A stretch of DNA of 64,000 nt from Octopus vulgaris (taxonomy: Eukaryota), in assembly GCA_951406725.2 (NCBI GenBank), contig OX597819.1, positions 80,848,001 through 80,912,000 on the forward strand. The letters are read 5' to 3'. The position numbers were made by a program, and so were the translations under genes. Positions 24,985 to 37,420 of the stretch are shown here, piece by piece (position 1 is the first letter of the stretch; each line of letters starts with the position of its first letter). The notes beneath the pieces are model-generated. The model did no database searches. It was not told where the DNA came from and saw nothing but the letters and a program-made list of their open reading frames with translations.

Positions 24985-26755
24985 GCAATTTCGTGGGAGA
25001 GGTTTAAGTCGATTGCATCGACTTTAGAGATCAACTGGTACTTACTCTATCGACCTAAAAGGATGAAAGGCGAAGACGACCTCGGTGGAATTTGAACTCA
25101 AAACGTAAATTCAGAAGAAATACCGCTAATAATTTATCCCGGTGGAGGTAACGATTCTGTCAGCTCGCTGCCTTACTTCTTAGTATAAATATTGATTTCA
25201 AATTTTGGCGCAAGTTCGAAAGAGGAAGTAAGTCGATTACCTGAACCTCAACATTCATCGACCCCGAAAGAATTAAGGACAAAATCAACCTCAGCGGAAT
25301 TTGAACCCAGAACGTGAAGACGGACGAAATGCCGCTAACAGCATACTAACAATTCTACCAATTCACCACATTATATAAAATTCTGATGCTCTACCGACTG
25401 AGCTATGCGGGCAGACTATATTCCTATAAAAATTAATGTATATCAACATACATGGGGGTTTATTAAGGCGAGTAAGATGGCAGAAACGCTAGCATAAGGC
25501 GGCAAGTTGACAGAAAAGTTAGCACGCTGGGCGAAATGCTTAGCGGTATTTCATCTGCCGTTACGTTCTGAGTTCAAATTCCGCCGAGGTCGATTTTGCC
25601 TTTTATCCTTTCGGGGTCGATAAATTAAGTACCAGTTACGCACTGCGGTCGATATAATCGACTTAATCCGTTTGTCTGTCCTTGTTTGTCCTCTCTGTGT
25701 TTAGCCACTCGTGGGTAGTAAAGAAATAGGTATTTCGTCTGCCGTTACGTTCTGAGTTCAAATTCCGCCGGTCGACTTTGCCTTTCATCTTTTCGGGGTA
25801 GATAAATTAAGTACCAGTTACGCACTGGGGTCGATATAATCGACTTAAAACCTTAGTCTGTTCTTGTTGGTCCCCTCTATGTTTTGCCCCTTGCGGGCAA
25901 TAAAGAAATAAGAAACGTTAGCATGCCAAACAAAATGCTTAGCGAAATTTCTTCCTGAGTTCAAGGCATTACCTTCTGAGTTCAAATTCTACCAAGATTG
26001 ACTTTGCCTTTCATCCTTTCGAAGTCGATAAAATTAAGACTAGTCAAGAATTTGGATCGATGGAAACGACTTAGCCCCTCCAGTAAAATTTAGTGGCTTT
26101 GTACCAAAATTAGAAAGAATTATATTAGAATATATATATATATAGGTTTCAATTTTTGGTACAAGGCCAACAACTTCGGGGGTGGGGGAGTAAGTCGATT
26201 ACTAGTACTTATTTTATCGACCCCGAAAGGATCAAAGGTAAATTCGTGATCTGAGGAATACGATGAAATGCCGTTAAGCATTTTGTCCCGCGTGCTAACG
26301 ATACTTTTCTACTCTAGGCATAAGGCCTGAAACTTTGGGGGAGGGGGCCAGTCAATTAGATCGCAACTGGTGTTTAATTTATCGACCCCGAAAGGATGAA
26401 AGGCTAAGTCGACCTCGGCGGAATTTGAACTCAGAACGTAAAGACAGACGAAATATCGCTAAGCATTTCACCCGGCGCGCTAACGTTTCTGCCAGCTCAC
26501 CTCCTTCGATTGCTAACGGTACTGCCAGCTCGCCGCCTATATAGTTTCAAATATTGGCACAGGGTCATCTACTTTAAGGGAGAGGGTAAGTCGTTTACAT
26601 CGACCCTAGTATTCAACTGGTACTTATTTTATCAACCCCAAAAGGATGAAAGGTAAAGTCGACTTCGGCGGAATTTGAACTCTGAGCGTGAAGATGGACG
26701 GATCACGCTAAGCATGCTGCCCGGCGTGCAAGCGATTCTGCCAGCTCGCCCCCTT
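24985..26755. mobile_element. Cluster of SINE family B copies in both orientations
   Basis: Repeated ttctgagttcaaattccgccgaggtcgac and its reverse complement. Confidence 0.88.
25377..25412 (-). pseudogene. tRNA-Lys(UUU) 5' half fragment
   Basis: gcccgcatagctcagtcggtagagcatcagaatttt matches the metazoan tRNA-Lys 5' half; no T-arm or 3' acceptor strand. Confidence 0.75.
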
Positions 26756-26936
26756 GTGGTATATAAACATATTAAACACCAAAAATACTTTTTACTATTT
26801 ATCCAAGAGGAGTACCTCTAATGGATGGATGGCTTTGAATACTTTTGTAGCATCAACGTCCTACTGTTTCAGGCGGTAATGTCTTGATGGCATTTTTAGC
26901 TGCTACTGATCACATCTATGACATTTTCTATGGATA

Positions 26937-27332
26937 TCTTTATATATAAACGTGAAGTTGTGTGTCTGTCTCCTACGATTTAGATTCCTAACTACTCCCA
27001 CATTTTGCGGTGCAGTTTAACCAAAACCGGGTATCTTATAGTCGTGATTCATATCGAGCCCTTCTGGGTATTAGCGCGCGTCTGCGATGAGCCTACAATT
27101 TAAAAAATAATTTACCATCATTTTTTTCCATTTTAATGCATTTTTTCGCTATTATATAAGGGAAGTAAATCTCTAAAAATGTCTACGATGAGTCAACGAT
27201 TTAAAAAAAATTTACCATCATTTTTTTCCATTTTTAATGCATTTTTTTGCTACTTTTTGGCTATAACTCTCTAAAAATGCTTATATAGTTATTTCCCTTA
27301 CAAACCCGAGCAACGCCGGGCGATACTGCTAG
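26937..27332 (+). mobile_element. Non-autonomous Helitron
   Basis: A|TC start, subterminal hairpin cccgagcaacgccggg, CTAG|T end. Confidence 0.88.
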
Positions 27333-28119
27333 TGAGATATAATCGGCCTTTACAGTCGCATGCTAAATGCTTTTTTTTTTTCGTCGTGAGGTTTCTCTCT
27401 GTTTGTATACCTTTATTATGATAAAAGGAGATGTCAAAGACTATTTTATAAATGTTTATATACAACATCCGGATTTCTGAGGTTTGAGGGAAAAATTAAT
27501 CAAGACTGTCCATTAACGGTATGAAAAATATTATTCTTTTAGAACCACACCCAATACTGCTATTACACATACACACAGACATGTGCGTGTGAGTGTGTGT
27601 GTGAAAGAGAAAGAGAGAGAGTGTGTGTGTGTGTGTGTATGCATGCTCGTATGTGTGCGTACACTATGTGAATGTGAGTGTGTGAGAGTATGTGTGCGTG
27701 CGTAATAGATGTTTTGGGTGTTGTTCCAATACAGTTATTGATTAATGGGAATATCTAATTAATTATTCTCTTAAACCTTGCTGAGATAATACAAAGGTCG
27801 GAGAAATTGTTTCTTGCATGGGTATAAAATCCGATATTTTTTCAGGTTCACACGCTTCTGTATTTGTGTGTGTGTGTGTGTGTGTGCGCGCGTACCAGAC
27901 CTGTATGGGAAGGTGTATACACATACACATAGAAAGACCTATACACACAATACTTGCTCACATATATGTATACATGTCTGTATGCATGTATACATGTGCG
28001 TGTGTGTGTGTGTGTGTGTGGTGTTTGTCTGTGTGTGTAGGGTGATGCTTCTATAAAGGAATGCGATTTGACTTATCGCGTGAGCTATTATTGCTTCTGC
28101 GGTCACCGCTTTATTCCAT

Positions 28120-28380
28120 GTATGGTACGAAAAAAATTTGAGAAATATTTCGAAAAAAATAGTTTTCCACTAAAAACAAAACTTCCGCTTACGTCGACGT
28201 GATTGAATTGTTCATTGTACGACGTTTGGTTGAAAACTTTCATGGCTGATCAAGATACTCTCATGGAATGTGACCAAATGAGGTTTATTTTTCAACATAA
28301 CCCCCACCACCACCACCACTACCACGGTTCATAGAATTCTTCCGTCGTTGTTGCAGTGCTTCGATCCCATTGGTAAAGAA
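28120..28380 (-). mobile_element. mariner-like terminal fragment
   Basis: Resembles the reverse complement of a mariner transposase 3' end; degraded. Confidence 0.4.
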
Positions 28381-28389
28381 ACTTTTAAA

Positions 28390-28900
28390 GTTTAAACGAC
28401 ATGTCCAATATGTGGGCTGGGCGACGAAACCGTCCAGCACGCTTTTGTACATTGTCGGGAGCTGTCAGGCTTGATAATTTACGTAGAGCACGTGTTGTCG
28501 CATCTGGGAAGTGTTCAGCTATAGGCTGAATCTATAATAAAGATTATACCTCCAACTGGACTCCCGAAGGTGCTGAAAGAATCCTTACATCCTAGTCTTT
28601 CTAGGATGTAAGGATTCGTGACAGGGTCCTTCATTTCCGGCCATGCTTTGCTACAATACTTCAGATATCATCCGAAGAGCAAAATAGGGCTGGAGAGAAG
28701 GACCCTGTCGAGAAGTGTGTTTGAGGACAGATGGAAAGTTGTGTTAAGAAAGGTGGGTGCTTATCGGCTTTGGAAAAAAGGAGGAAATAAAAAGAAGATA
28801 GCCGCTGGGATTTTGAGGCAACAGGGCATACCCCTTACTCATATAGAAAAAGACTATTTCATCATCAATACTTCTAAATAATAGGTATCATTCGAACATA
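28390..28900 (+). mobile_element. L1/Tx1-clade LINE 3' fragment
   Basis: TCPICGLGDETVQHAFVHC C-terminal CCHC zinc knuckle at ~28399-28455. Confidence 0.7.
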
Positions 28901-29189
28901 TCACATCATTTTTTGCATGTATTGTCCTGTGCTGTCCCATCTATGTATTGATCTTTATGGTCGTAATTAAAAATTCAACTAGCAAGCCATGCTACTGATG
29001 ATGATCAATGTCTCTGAAACTAGTCTCTGGATGCTGGCTTTGCTGGGTAGAGGTGCTTGTCTCCAATTTGAAAACACAAGGACACAGGAAATGTGTCACT
29101 TCCAACAGGAAACGGTGTTTCCTAGGGTTAAATAACAGTAGCATTCTTCCCTTTCATGGGACTGTCACATTAAGTTGACAACATACTAT

Positions 29190-29596
29190 TACTGGAAAGA
29201 TGTTGTTTTCCATCAGAATAATGCCAGACCTCACGTTTCTTCGGTGACTGGTCAAAAATTGTTGCAGCTTGGCTGGGATGTATTACCCCACCCTCTATAT
29301 TCACCAGACATTGTTCTTTCGAATTTTCATTTATTCAGGTCCTTGCAAAATAATCTCAATGGTAAAAATCTTAACTCTGTAGAGGACAAAAAAAAGAAAG
29401 AAATATCTTAATGAGTTCTTTGCCAAGAAACCACCAAAATTCTGGGCTGACAGAATCTTTAAGTTGAAAGAAAGACGGAGAAAGGCTGTGCAACAAAATG
29501 GTTCATATTTAGTTGAATAAATATTTAATGGTGTAATTTTGCTTTGTCTTTTAATTTCCCTTCAAAATGGGTATGAACTTTCCGGACAACCCAACA
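29190..29596 (+). mobile_element. mariner (DD34D) transposase 3' fragment plus TIR
   Basis: FHQNNARPH..LGWDVLPHPLYSPDI..FHLFRSLQN. Confidence 0.88.
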
Positions 29597-29639
29597 GTAG
29601 GGGGATGACTTATCAAATATTTCTATACATGAGGGTAAA

Positions 29640-30170
29640 ATGAAGATCGCTCTGCTAAATTTGTAAATATTAAAATACTCTGGGTGTAGCATGTTTCTAC
29701 GTTAATATAAAATAGTTTTTCATCTGGTTTATTGAAAGGTTGTTGTAAGTTAATTCCTAAATCTAGTGTAAGATCAAATAAGTCAACAGTTGTTAGGCAA
29801 TCGGTTTAGTTTAAGCATTTTAACACTGAAAGTGCTAATTTGAATTGTATACTTCCTTAATTCGTTTAAAATGCAACTGCTAAAGCTAATCCGTGTTATC
29901 TGTAAAGGCCGAAATTTACAGAAGCAAATTTCTAATATGTATAAACATATATGATCACATATATCTACGCTGTTATATGACCCAACATATTGAAGGGATC
30001 TTTTGGTCTGTTCTTTGATCCTGGTGGAGTACTTATCAAACAGCAGGGTTTTCCTATCATGAATTATCATATCACCATTGATATAATCTATTGTAATGTT
30101 GTTCTTAGCAAAATCTAGGTTGCTGTGTGTGAGTTTTAGATAGTGAGGAGTAAAATCGGTAACGTACTAG
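29640..30170 (-). mobile_element. Degraded PLE reverse transcriptase fragment
   Basis: IIHDRKTLLF..GSYNSVDICDHICLYIL resembles the PLE RT motif GS.DGAE.CELVGLYIL. Confidence 0.55.
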
Positions 30171-30202
30171 ATAATGACATCAATATTATTCTACTGACAA
30201 AG

Positions 30203-31180
30203 ACGGCAAGCTAGCAGAAACGTTAGCACGCCGGGGCGAGATGCTTAGCGGTATTTCGTCTGCCGCTACGTTCTGAGTTCAAATTCCGCCGAGGTCGACT
30301 TTACCTTTCATCCTTTCGGGGTCGATAAATTAAGTACCAGTTACACTCTGGGGTCGATATAATCGACTTAATCTCTTTGTCTGTCCTTGTTCGTCCTCTC
30401 TGTGTTTAGCCCCTTGTGGGTAGTAAAGAAATAGGTATTTCGTCTGCCGTTACGTTCTGAGTTCAAATTCCGCCGAGGTCGACTTTGCCTTTCATCTTTT
30501 CGGGGTCGATAAATTAAGTACCAGTTATGCACTGGTGTCGATATAATCGACTTGATCCGTTTGTCTGTCCTTGTTTGTCCCCTCTGTGTTTAGCCCCTTG
30601 TGGGTAGTAAAGAAACAGGTATTTCGTACGTTTTTACGATCTGAGATCGGATTCTGCCAAGGTTGACATTACCTTTGAACCATTCGGTGACGATAAAATA
30701 AGCACCAGTTGAGCATTGAGGTCGATGTAATCAATTAGCCCCTTCCCCAAAAAAACTTAAACATTGTGCCCATAGTAGAAATAATTATTAATGTGGCGAG
30801 TTGGTAGAATCATTAGTACACCGTTCTGTGTTCAAATTCTGTTGAGGTCGACTTTGCTTTTCCTCCTTTCGGGGTCGATAAAATAAATACCAGTTGAACA
30901 CTGGGATCCTCGAAATTATTGGCCTTGTGCCAAAATTTGAAACCAATATTACTGAAATTATTAAGACGGTAAGCTGGTAGAATCAGGACGCTGGAGGAAA
31001 TATTTAGCGACATTTCGTCTGTGTTTACATATTGAGATTAAATACCACCATGATCGACTTTGCCTTTCCTCTTTTAGGGGTCCATAAGTACCAACTGAGT
31101 ACTGGAATCGATATAATCGACTTACTCTCCCGAACTTACTGGCCCTTGTGCCAAAATTTGAAACCAAATTACTGAAATTA
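30203..31180 (+). mobile_element. Tandem SINE family B copies
   Basis: At least five partial or complete units. Confidence 0.88.
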
Positions 31181-31364
31181 TTTCGGCAATTACGGGAAAA
31201 ACTTGAGATATGTTTTGGTCTTATTATGACCTTTACAGTGAAAACCTATCCGAACAATGCAGCAGAATTGATGCAGGATAGGACAAGTTTGGACTCAATA
31301 AGCAGTGCCTGAAGAATTCATCTTTTCAAATCCAGTTTATCTTCTATTTATTTTATTTTACATT

Positions 31365-31760
31365 TTCACTTGTTTCAGACATTGGACTGCAGACAAGCTT
31401 AGGCACCGCTTTGAAGGGTTTAGTCGAACAAATCAACCCCAATAATTAACTTTTAATCTGGTGTTTATTCTATCGGTTTTTGTTGCCGAACCGCTAAGTT
31501 ACGTGGAACTAAACTAATCAAAAGCGATTGTCAAGAGATGGTAGAAGAAGACAACACAAGCACAAACACACACACACACACATATGTATATATTTACCAT
31601 AGTCCTCTTTTCAGTTTTTGTTGACCAAATCTCTTCAGAAGGCTTTGATCAGTCCAAGACTATGTTAAAAGATACTTGCCCAAGCTGCTACGCAGTGCGA
31701 CTGAAACCGAGGCTACATGGATGGAAAGTAAGTTTCTTAACCATACAGCCACGCCTGCGC
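31365..31760 (-). mobile_element. SINE family A (diverged)
   Basis: Similarity to the other family A copies. Confidence 0.78.
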
Positions 31761-32657
31761 ATATGACTTCAAATTTCTTACTATAGTTTGCGACTGTCAT
31801 AAAATACTTCGGTAGGCGAACGACAGTACTCCGTAATTTCCCCAATCAATATTCAAATCGTAATTAGCCTTTCCTTGACAGCCAAGAATATTCTACTGTG
31901 TTGTCTAATAACGATCTATTTATGGTTGAAATATTATTCGGAAAAGAAAAAAACAATAAACCCAGTGATATTTAGAAATACCTGTTCAGATTCATATTTC
32001 ACATGCTTCGTGCACTTATCGCACATGTCTATGGGCACTTATCAACACATGTCTATGGGCTGTAAATACGCACCCATAACAAAACCAAGCAAGAAAAAAA
32101 AAAAGGAGCGATGCACAGACAACATGTTTCAGCGAAATCCGATACTCAACAGAAGAACACAACCTGAATTGCACAAACAACACACAATACAAAACCCATT
32201 ACAACAGAAGACTCGAACCAAACCCCATAAACAGAATATACTGATGCAATACAATATTCCCTAAGAGGACAAAGAAATAAAGCACACACCAGCACGAAAG
32301 TGCAGCAAGTTATGCAATAAAAAGTTACTTGTAACTATTAGATGTCGAAAAATAAGAGTGGTGATGACAATGGTGACGAAAGTAACCTTACCTCAGTTTA
32401 TGAGAGACAGGAGTTTATGTAGAAACTCTGGTTGTAACAACGAAAATGAGGTTGGGCCTAAGACAACATTAACAGATAATAGAGTAAAAAAGGAAATAGA
32501 CCAGCGAAGAAAACAGGATAGTGATGCAGTTAATGCTTAGTAAGTGAACCTAAAAGTTGTTATAAAAAACGGATGTTAGCACTTTGGGTAGAGAAGGGTA
32601 TGTTTAAGGTGACTAAGCAGAGACTAGAAGTGTTAACTATTCAGCCAGCTGGCAACC

Positions 32658-32817
<160 letters not shown>

Positions 32818-32819
32818 GT

Positions 32820-33015
32820 TTTCAGATTTTGGCACAAGGCCAGTAAGTTCGGGGTAGGGGATTATACGATTACATGAACTCCGGTGTTTCACTGGTACTT
32901 ATTTTATTGACTCCGAAGAATGATCGGTAAAGTCGGCTTCGATGAAATTTTAACAGACGAAATGCCGCTAACCACTTTTTCCGTCCATGCTAAAAATTCT
33001 GCCAATTCGCCGCCT
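32820..33015 (-). mobile_element. SINE family B (diverged)
   Basis: Similarity to the other family B copies. Confidence 0.7.
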
Positions 33016-34604
33016 CACAGTGAAGCATATAAGAAACACAGGTTGTATATCCTATCTTTTCTATGATATTACTGAATTCGAAATAATCTTTACCGTTCAC
33101 AATATGACCCATTTTCGTTGTAAGACCGCCCACATCTCTCTAAATTAGAGTGGCTTCAAGTGTTTAAAATTTCTGTCATTTCTACTTATTTTATCATATT
33201 AGGGAAGACGTAGTGTTCTTGTTACGCTTCCTACAACGTCATTGTCTTTTAGAGCAAAGGTTATTTTCGTAAGGACAAAAAAATAATTGTCTGGATGTTA
33301 GGAAAATATTTGGAATATCTGGAAGTATATAAATCTAGTTAACTTCCTGTTTGTGAAATAAAGTCTATTCTAACCGTTTTTCACATACATTTTTTTTTTA
33401 TTCCATTCATAATTTTTTTTTTCTCATGCACTCTTGAATTCTATTCACAACCCCCTCCATTTTATCAAATATTTATAAAATAATGAATAGCTGACCGCAG
33501 AAGGATTTTATAAACTTCCGAAAGAACGTGAAATAATCATTTTAGAATAGCATGTAAATATCAGGTTGAAAAACCGTTTTGGATGGAATCATCGACTTTT
33601 TCTATCCAAAAGGGTTTTGAATCCGATATTTACATGTGGTTGTTTATTACTTAGTGCGCTTCGAGATCCACTGTTCAAAAAAAAAAAAAAAGAAAAAGAA
33701 TTAATGCAATAATATCTAAAAATCTAAATGATTCAATCTAAATTATTTATTAGGAATTATTTCAACTAAAGTATGTTAATCTCCAGTAAGATCGACACCT
33801 TTGTATTTTCATGTATTTCGACAGAAAAAAAAAATTGATGTAATTGTCAGAAGTAAGACTGGAAGGAATTATCCAAATTAATTTGTTTTGGATGTGGCAC
33901 TAATGAATCTAATATACTCAGTCCCCCGTATGGCGACAGAGCTAATAATAATAACTTCTGACACAACTAAAAGGTCACAGTTTTGCTGGGTGGAGGGAAG
34001 TGGCATAGTCGATTATATCAACTGAAGAAAATGGGGACATCTGTATGCTAAAATAGATAATCTTCCTTTGACACGGAGCTCGAATGTGATATATATATTA
34101 AATAATATTGAATATGTAATCTAATTTTTCAGAAGCTGCCTGTATTTGCAGAGAAACCGAAATGTATTTCCGTTCACAGGACTTTTTAGTACAAAGTTAA
34201 ATTTGATCATAGCGGGGAGTATTTCTTCCTTATATAGAACAGAATCATTTCTCACAAAACTGCGACCTTCGTCACATCGGTCAAATTAATTTATCTGAGT
34301 AGCTAGCATATTCAGTGTGTCATTAAAAAAAAAAAAAAAAAAATCAGATCTCTGATCCTAACTTGGTCTCGCTCCATAAAACTATTTTGTTTTAATTCAT
34401 CACTCCACGAAGTGTTTCTCCATCAATTCTCTTATTCCTTTAAGCCCCGAACTAATTCTACTAACCATTATAAAATTTTATATTGTGAAAAATATAAAAT
34501 AAGCTAAATCCAAATTCTCATAATGTTTTGTTTGTTTACTCGCCCAAGTGATTATTTAAAAGCTTAAAGTGATTTGGAGTATAATGCGGCTAACAGCAAT
34601 ATTT

Positions 34605-35180
34605 GGCTGTGTGGTAAGAAGCTTACTTCCCAACCACATGGTTCCGGGTTCAATCCCATTTGCATGGCACCTTGGACAAGTGTCTTCTACTATAGCCTCA
34701 AGCCGACTAAAGCCTTGACAATCGATTTGGTAGACCGAAACTGAAAGGAGCGGGTCATATACATACGTGCATATGTAGTTGAAATTTACAGAAAAACAAA
34801 AAGACGAAGACAGATGTATAAACAACAAGCAGGTGTGTTAGTTTGACGCTCGGGAAAGTGAGAAAGACTTTTACGTTTCGAGCCTACGCTCTTCAACAGA
34901 AAGGAATAAGAGAATATAAACAGAGAAAGAATATAAAAAGTTGTGGATTTAGTGATCAAGCATATGTGCGCGCACGTGTGTGTCTAACCAGCGCTTGACA
35001 ACCGGTGTTGGTAAGTTTACGTCCCCATAACTTATTCCGATGGAATAAGTACCAGGCTTTAAAAAATAAGTACTAGGGTCAATTCATCCAAACAAAAAAT
35101 TTTCAAGGTGCTACCACAGTATGACCGCAGTATGGCCACATTATGGCCACAGTGTTATGACTGAAGCAAGTAAAAGAGAG
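34605..35180 (+). mobile_element. SINE family A interrupted by a short HHR element (~34777-34960)
   Basis: SINE 5' part ends ~34760 and the 3' part resumes ~34975. Confidence 0.8.
34868..34903 (-). ncRNA. Minimal hammerhead-like motif (CUGUUGA core)
   Basis: cuuu-CUGUUGA-a-gagc guag gcuc-GAAA-cg-UA-aaag. Confidence 0.65.
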
Positions 35181-35487
35181 AAGATAAATGATTTAATTGT
35201 TAAAAAGGGTGCTAGATGGCAGGATCGACTACGTGGTAGATTAAATGATTTGTGGGGTTCTGCAATATTTTGTTTAAGTCTTGTGTTCGCATCATGTTGC
35301 AGTCGATTCCGCTTTTCATCCATCGTGGTTTGCTAATAAAAATAGCAGTGTGGGGAATAAATTTTGATTGCCAACTACATCGTTTCCATTTCAACCCTAC
35401 TGTGTTGTAGTTTGGGCAAGTATTTTATATCATAGTCATTGGTTGACCAGTACCTTCTGAATATGAAAGAAATTATACTGAAGGCCA

Positions 35488-35528
<41 letters not shown>

Positions 35529-36574
35529 CATACACACATGCACCTTTTGACGTATATACATATACACAAACGTTTATATTTGTGTGTGTATGCTTGTATT
35601 TGGGTTTGGGTCTGTTTTTCGCTGATGTTTACATCAGAAACTCAGAAAACAATGCTTTCTACACGAAATATTCTGTTGATATTTGTATTCATATGTCTTC
35701 CAACAGACTCGTAAATCGGGCCATAGAAGAATACAAGCATAATTACAACAAATACATCAGAGAATGCACCAAATAAAAACACACAAATCACACATAAAAT
35801 TAATTCAGAACAGATGAATGCATAATCAAAAACTGCATAAAGCGGAACACAATTCGCATTATACCTGACCATAAACTAAAACTAGTAAAACGCTACAAAA
35901 ACTCCAAAGCCAAAAGCCGCCTTATCAATAACACAATACAAGCATGTAAACTTGAGAACTGACTACTAATAACCAGGACTGAAACTGTTACATTAAAATT
36001 ACTAGTCTATTACTCTGAGGTAGGTGCGCCAAGCATTTACAATAAAAACAATCGCAACACACTATACCATATACCACGAAACAGAGTTAGATAGAAAAAT
36101 TACTAGATGATAATACTTACATACTCTACAAAATTTCCCAGAAAAACAGGAGTAAAATATTAATCATGGAACCTATATCTGTATCACAGAACAATGCCAA
36201 AATAAATACACATCAATAAATTTGCACATGGCTACTAATATGAAAATCATATGGCTGAAAAATCTTCGGCAGAAAAGTTTTCAAAAATTCCATCAATATA
36301 AAAGAAGCAACGCGGACGGTAAAACTATTTGGATTCTTGAAAATAAGACTGTGAAGTACTAGAATCGTTCAATAGGGATGGGACAATGCTGAAAAACCCG
36401 AGTCTGAGAAATTCCGATTCATGTAAGACAGCTATACTAAAAGTCATACAAATATATAATTAAATGTCTTTTTGAAAACAGAAATCGTAATGATAGTGTT
36501 TCTGAAATGTAAATTTGAGAAAAATTGTCGGAAACACCGAAAATCAGAAAAATCGGGCTGGTTAAACAATGAGC

Positions 36575-36775
36575 TTCTACCAAAAATTTCAACATTGCCA
36601 TCAGGGTCCAGATACTGCAACAACTTGGGCTTCAAGGTCCCACAGCTATTCAATATCCTCCCACAAAGCCTGAGAGACCTGTATGGCATGAATGTAGGTA
36701 TTTCAAAACAAAACTGGATATCCTTCTGTCAAGAGTTCCAGATGAACCAACCTCAAAGCAAGAAACACAGACAAG
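36575..36775 (+). mobile_element. Old CR1-group LINE 3' fragment
   Basis: [24 protein letters not shown], homologous to 10940-11090. Confidence 0.8.
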
Positions 36776-36939
36776 GTGTAAGAGTGGTTGTGTGGTAAGT
36801 AGCTTGCTTACCAACCACATGGTTCCGGGTTCAGTCCCACTGCGTGGCACCTTGGGCAAGTGTCTTCTACTATAGCCTCAGGCCGACCAAAGCCTTGTGA
36901 GTGGATTTTGTAGACGGAAACTGAAAGAAGCCCGTCGTA

Positions 36940-37014
<75 letters not shown>

Positions 37015-37215
37015 TTTTGTGTCTGTGTTTGTCCCCCCAACATCACTTGAGAACCAATGCTGGTGTGTTTACGTCCCCATAACTTAGCGGTTGGGCAAAA
37101 GAGACCGATAGAATAAATACTAGGCTTACAAAGAATAAGTCTTGGGGTCGATTTGCCCGAATAAAGGCGATGCTCCTGCATGGCCACAGTCACATGACTG
37201 AAACAAGTAAAAAGT
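36775..37215 (+). mobile_element. SINE family A
   Basis: Similarity to the other family A copies. Confidence 0.88.
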
Positions 37216-37420
37216 AAGTAGGTGGGCATTGCCAACCAGTGCCCCCTTTTGGTCACCCCAGTATCGCGTCATTTTTCTTCAACGAACTCCCTAAATCTTT
37301 CTACTGCCCACTTAAGAAACCACTGCATTAAAACGTTCAAAAGCTCGTTAGTGCATTATTAATTCTCACACACATGTATGTATGTATGTATGTATGTATG
37401 TATGTATGTATGCATATCTA

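Noticed and set aside
24985-31180. Regularly repeated units as a CRISPR-like or tRNA gene array
   Set aside because: They are tandem or nested SINE family B copies; there is no repeat-spacer structure and no complete cloverleaf.
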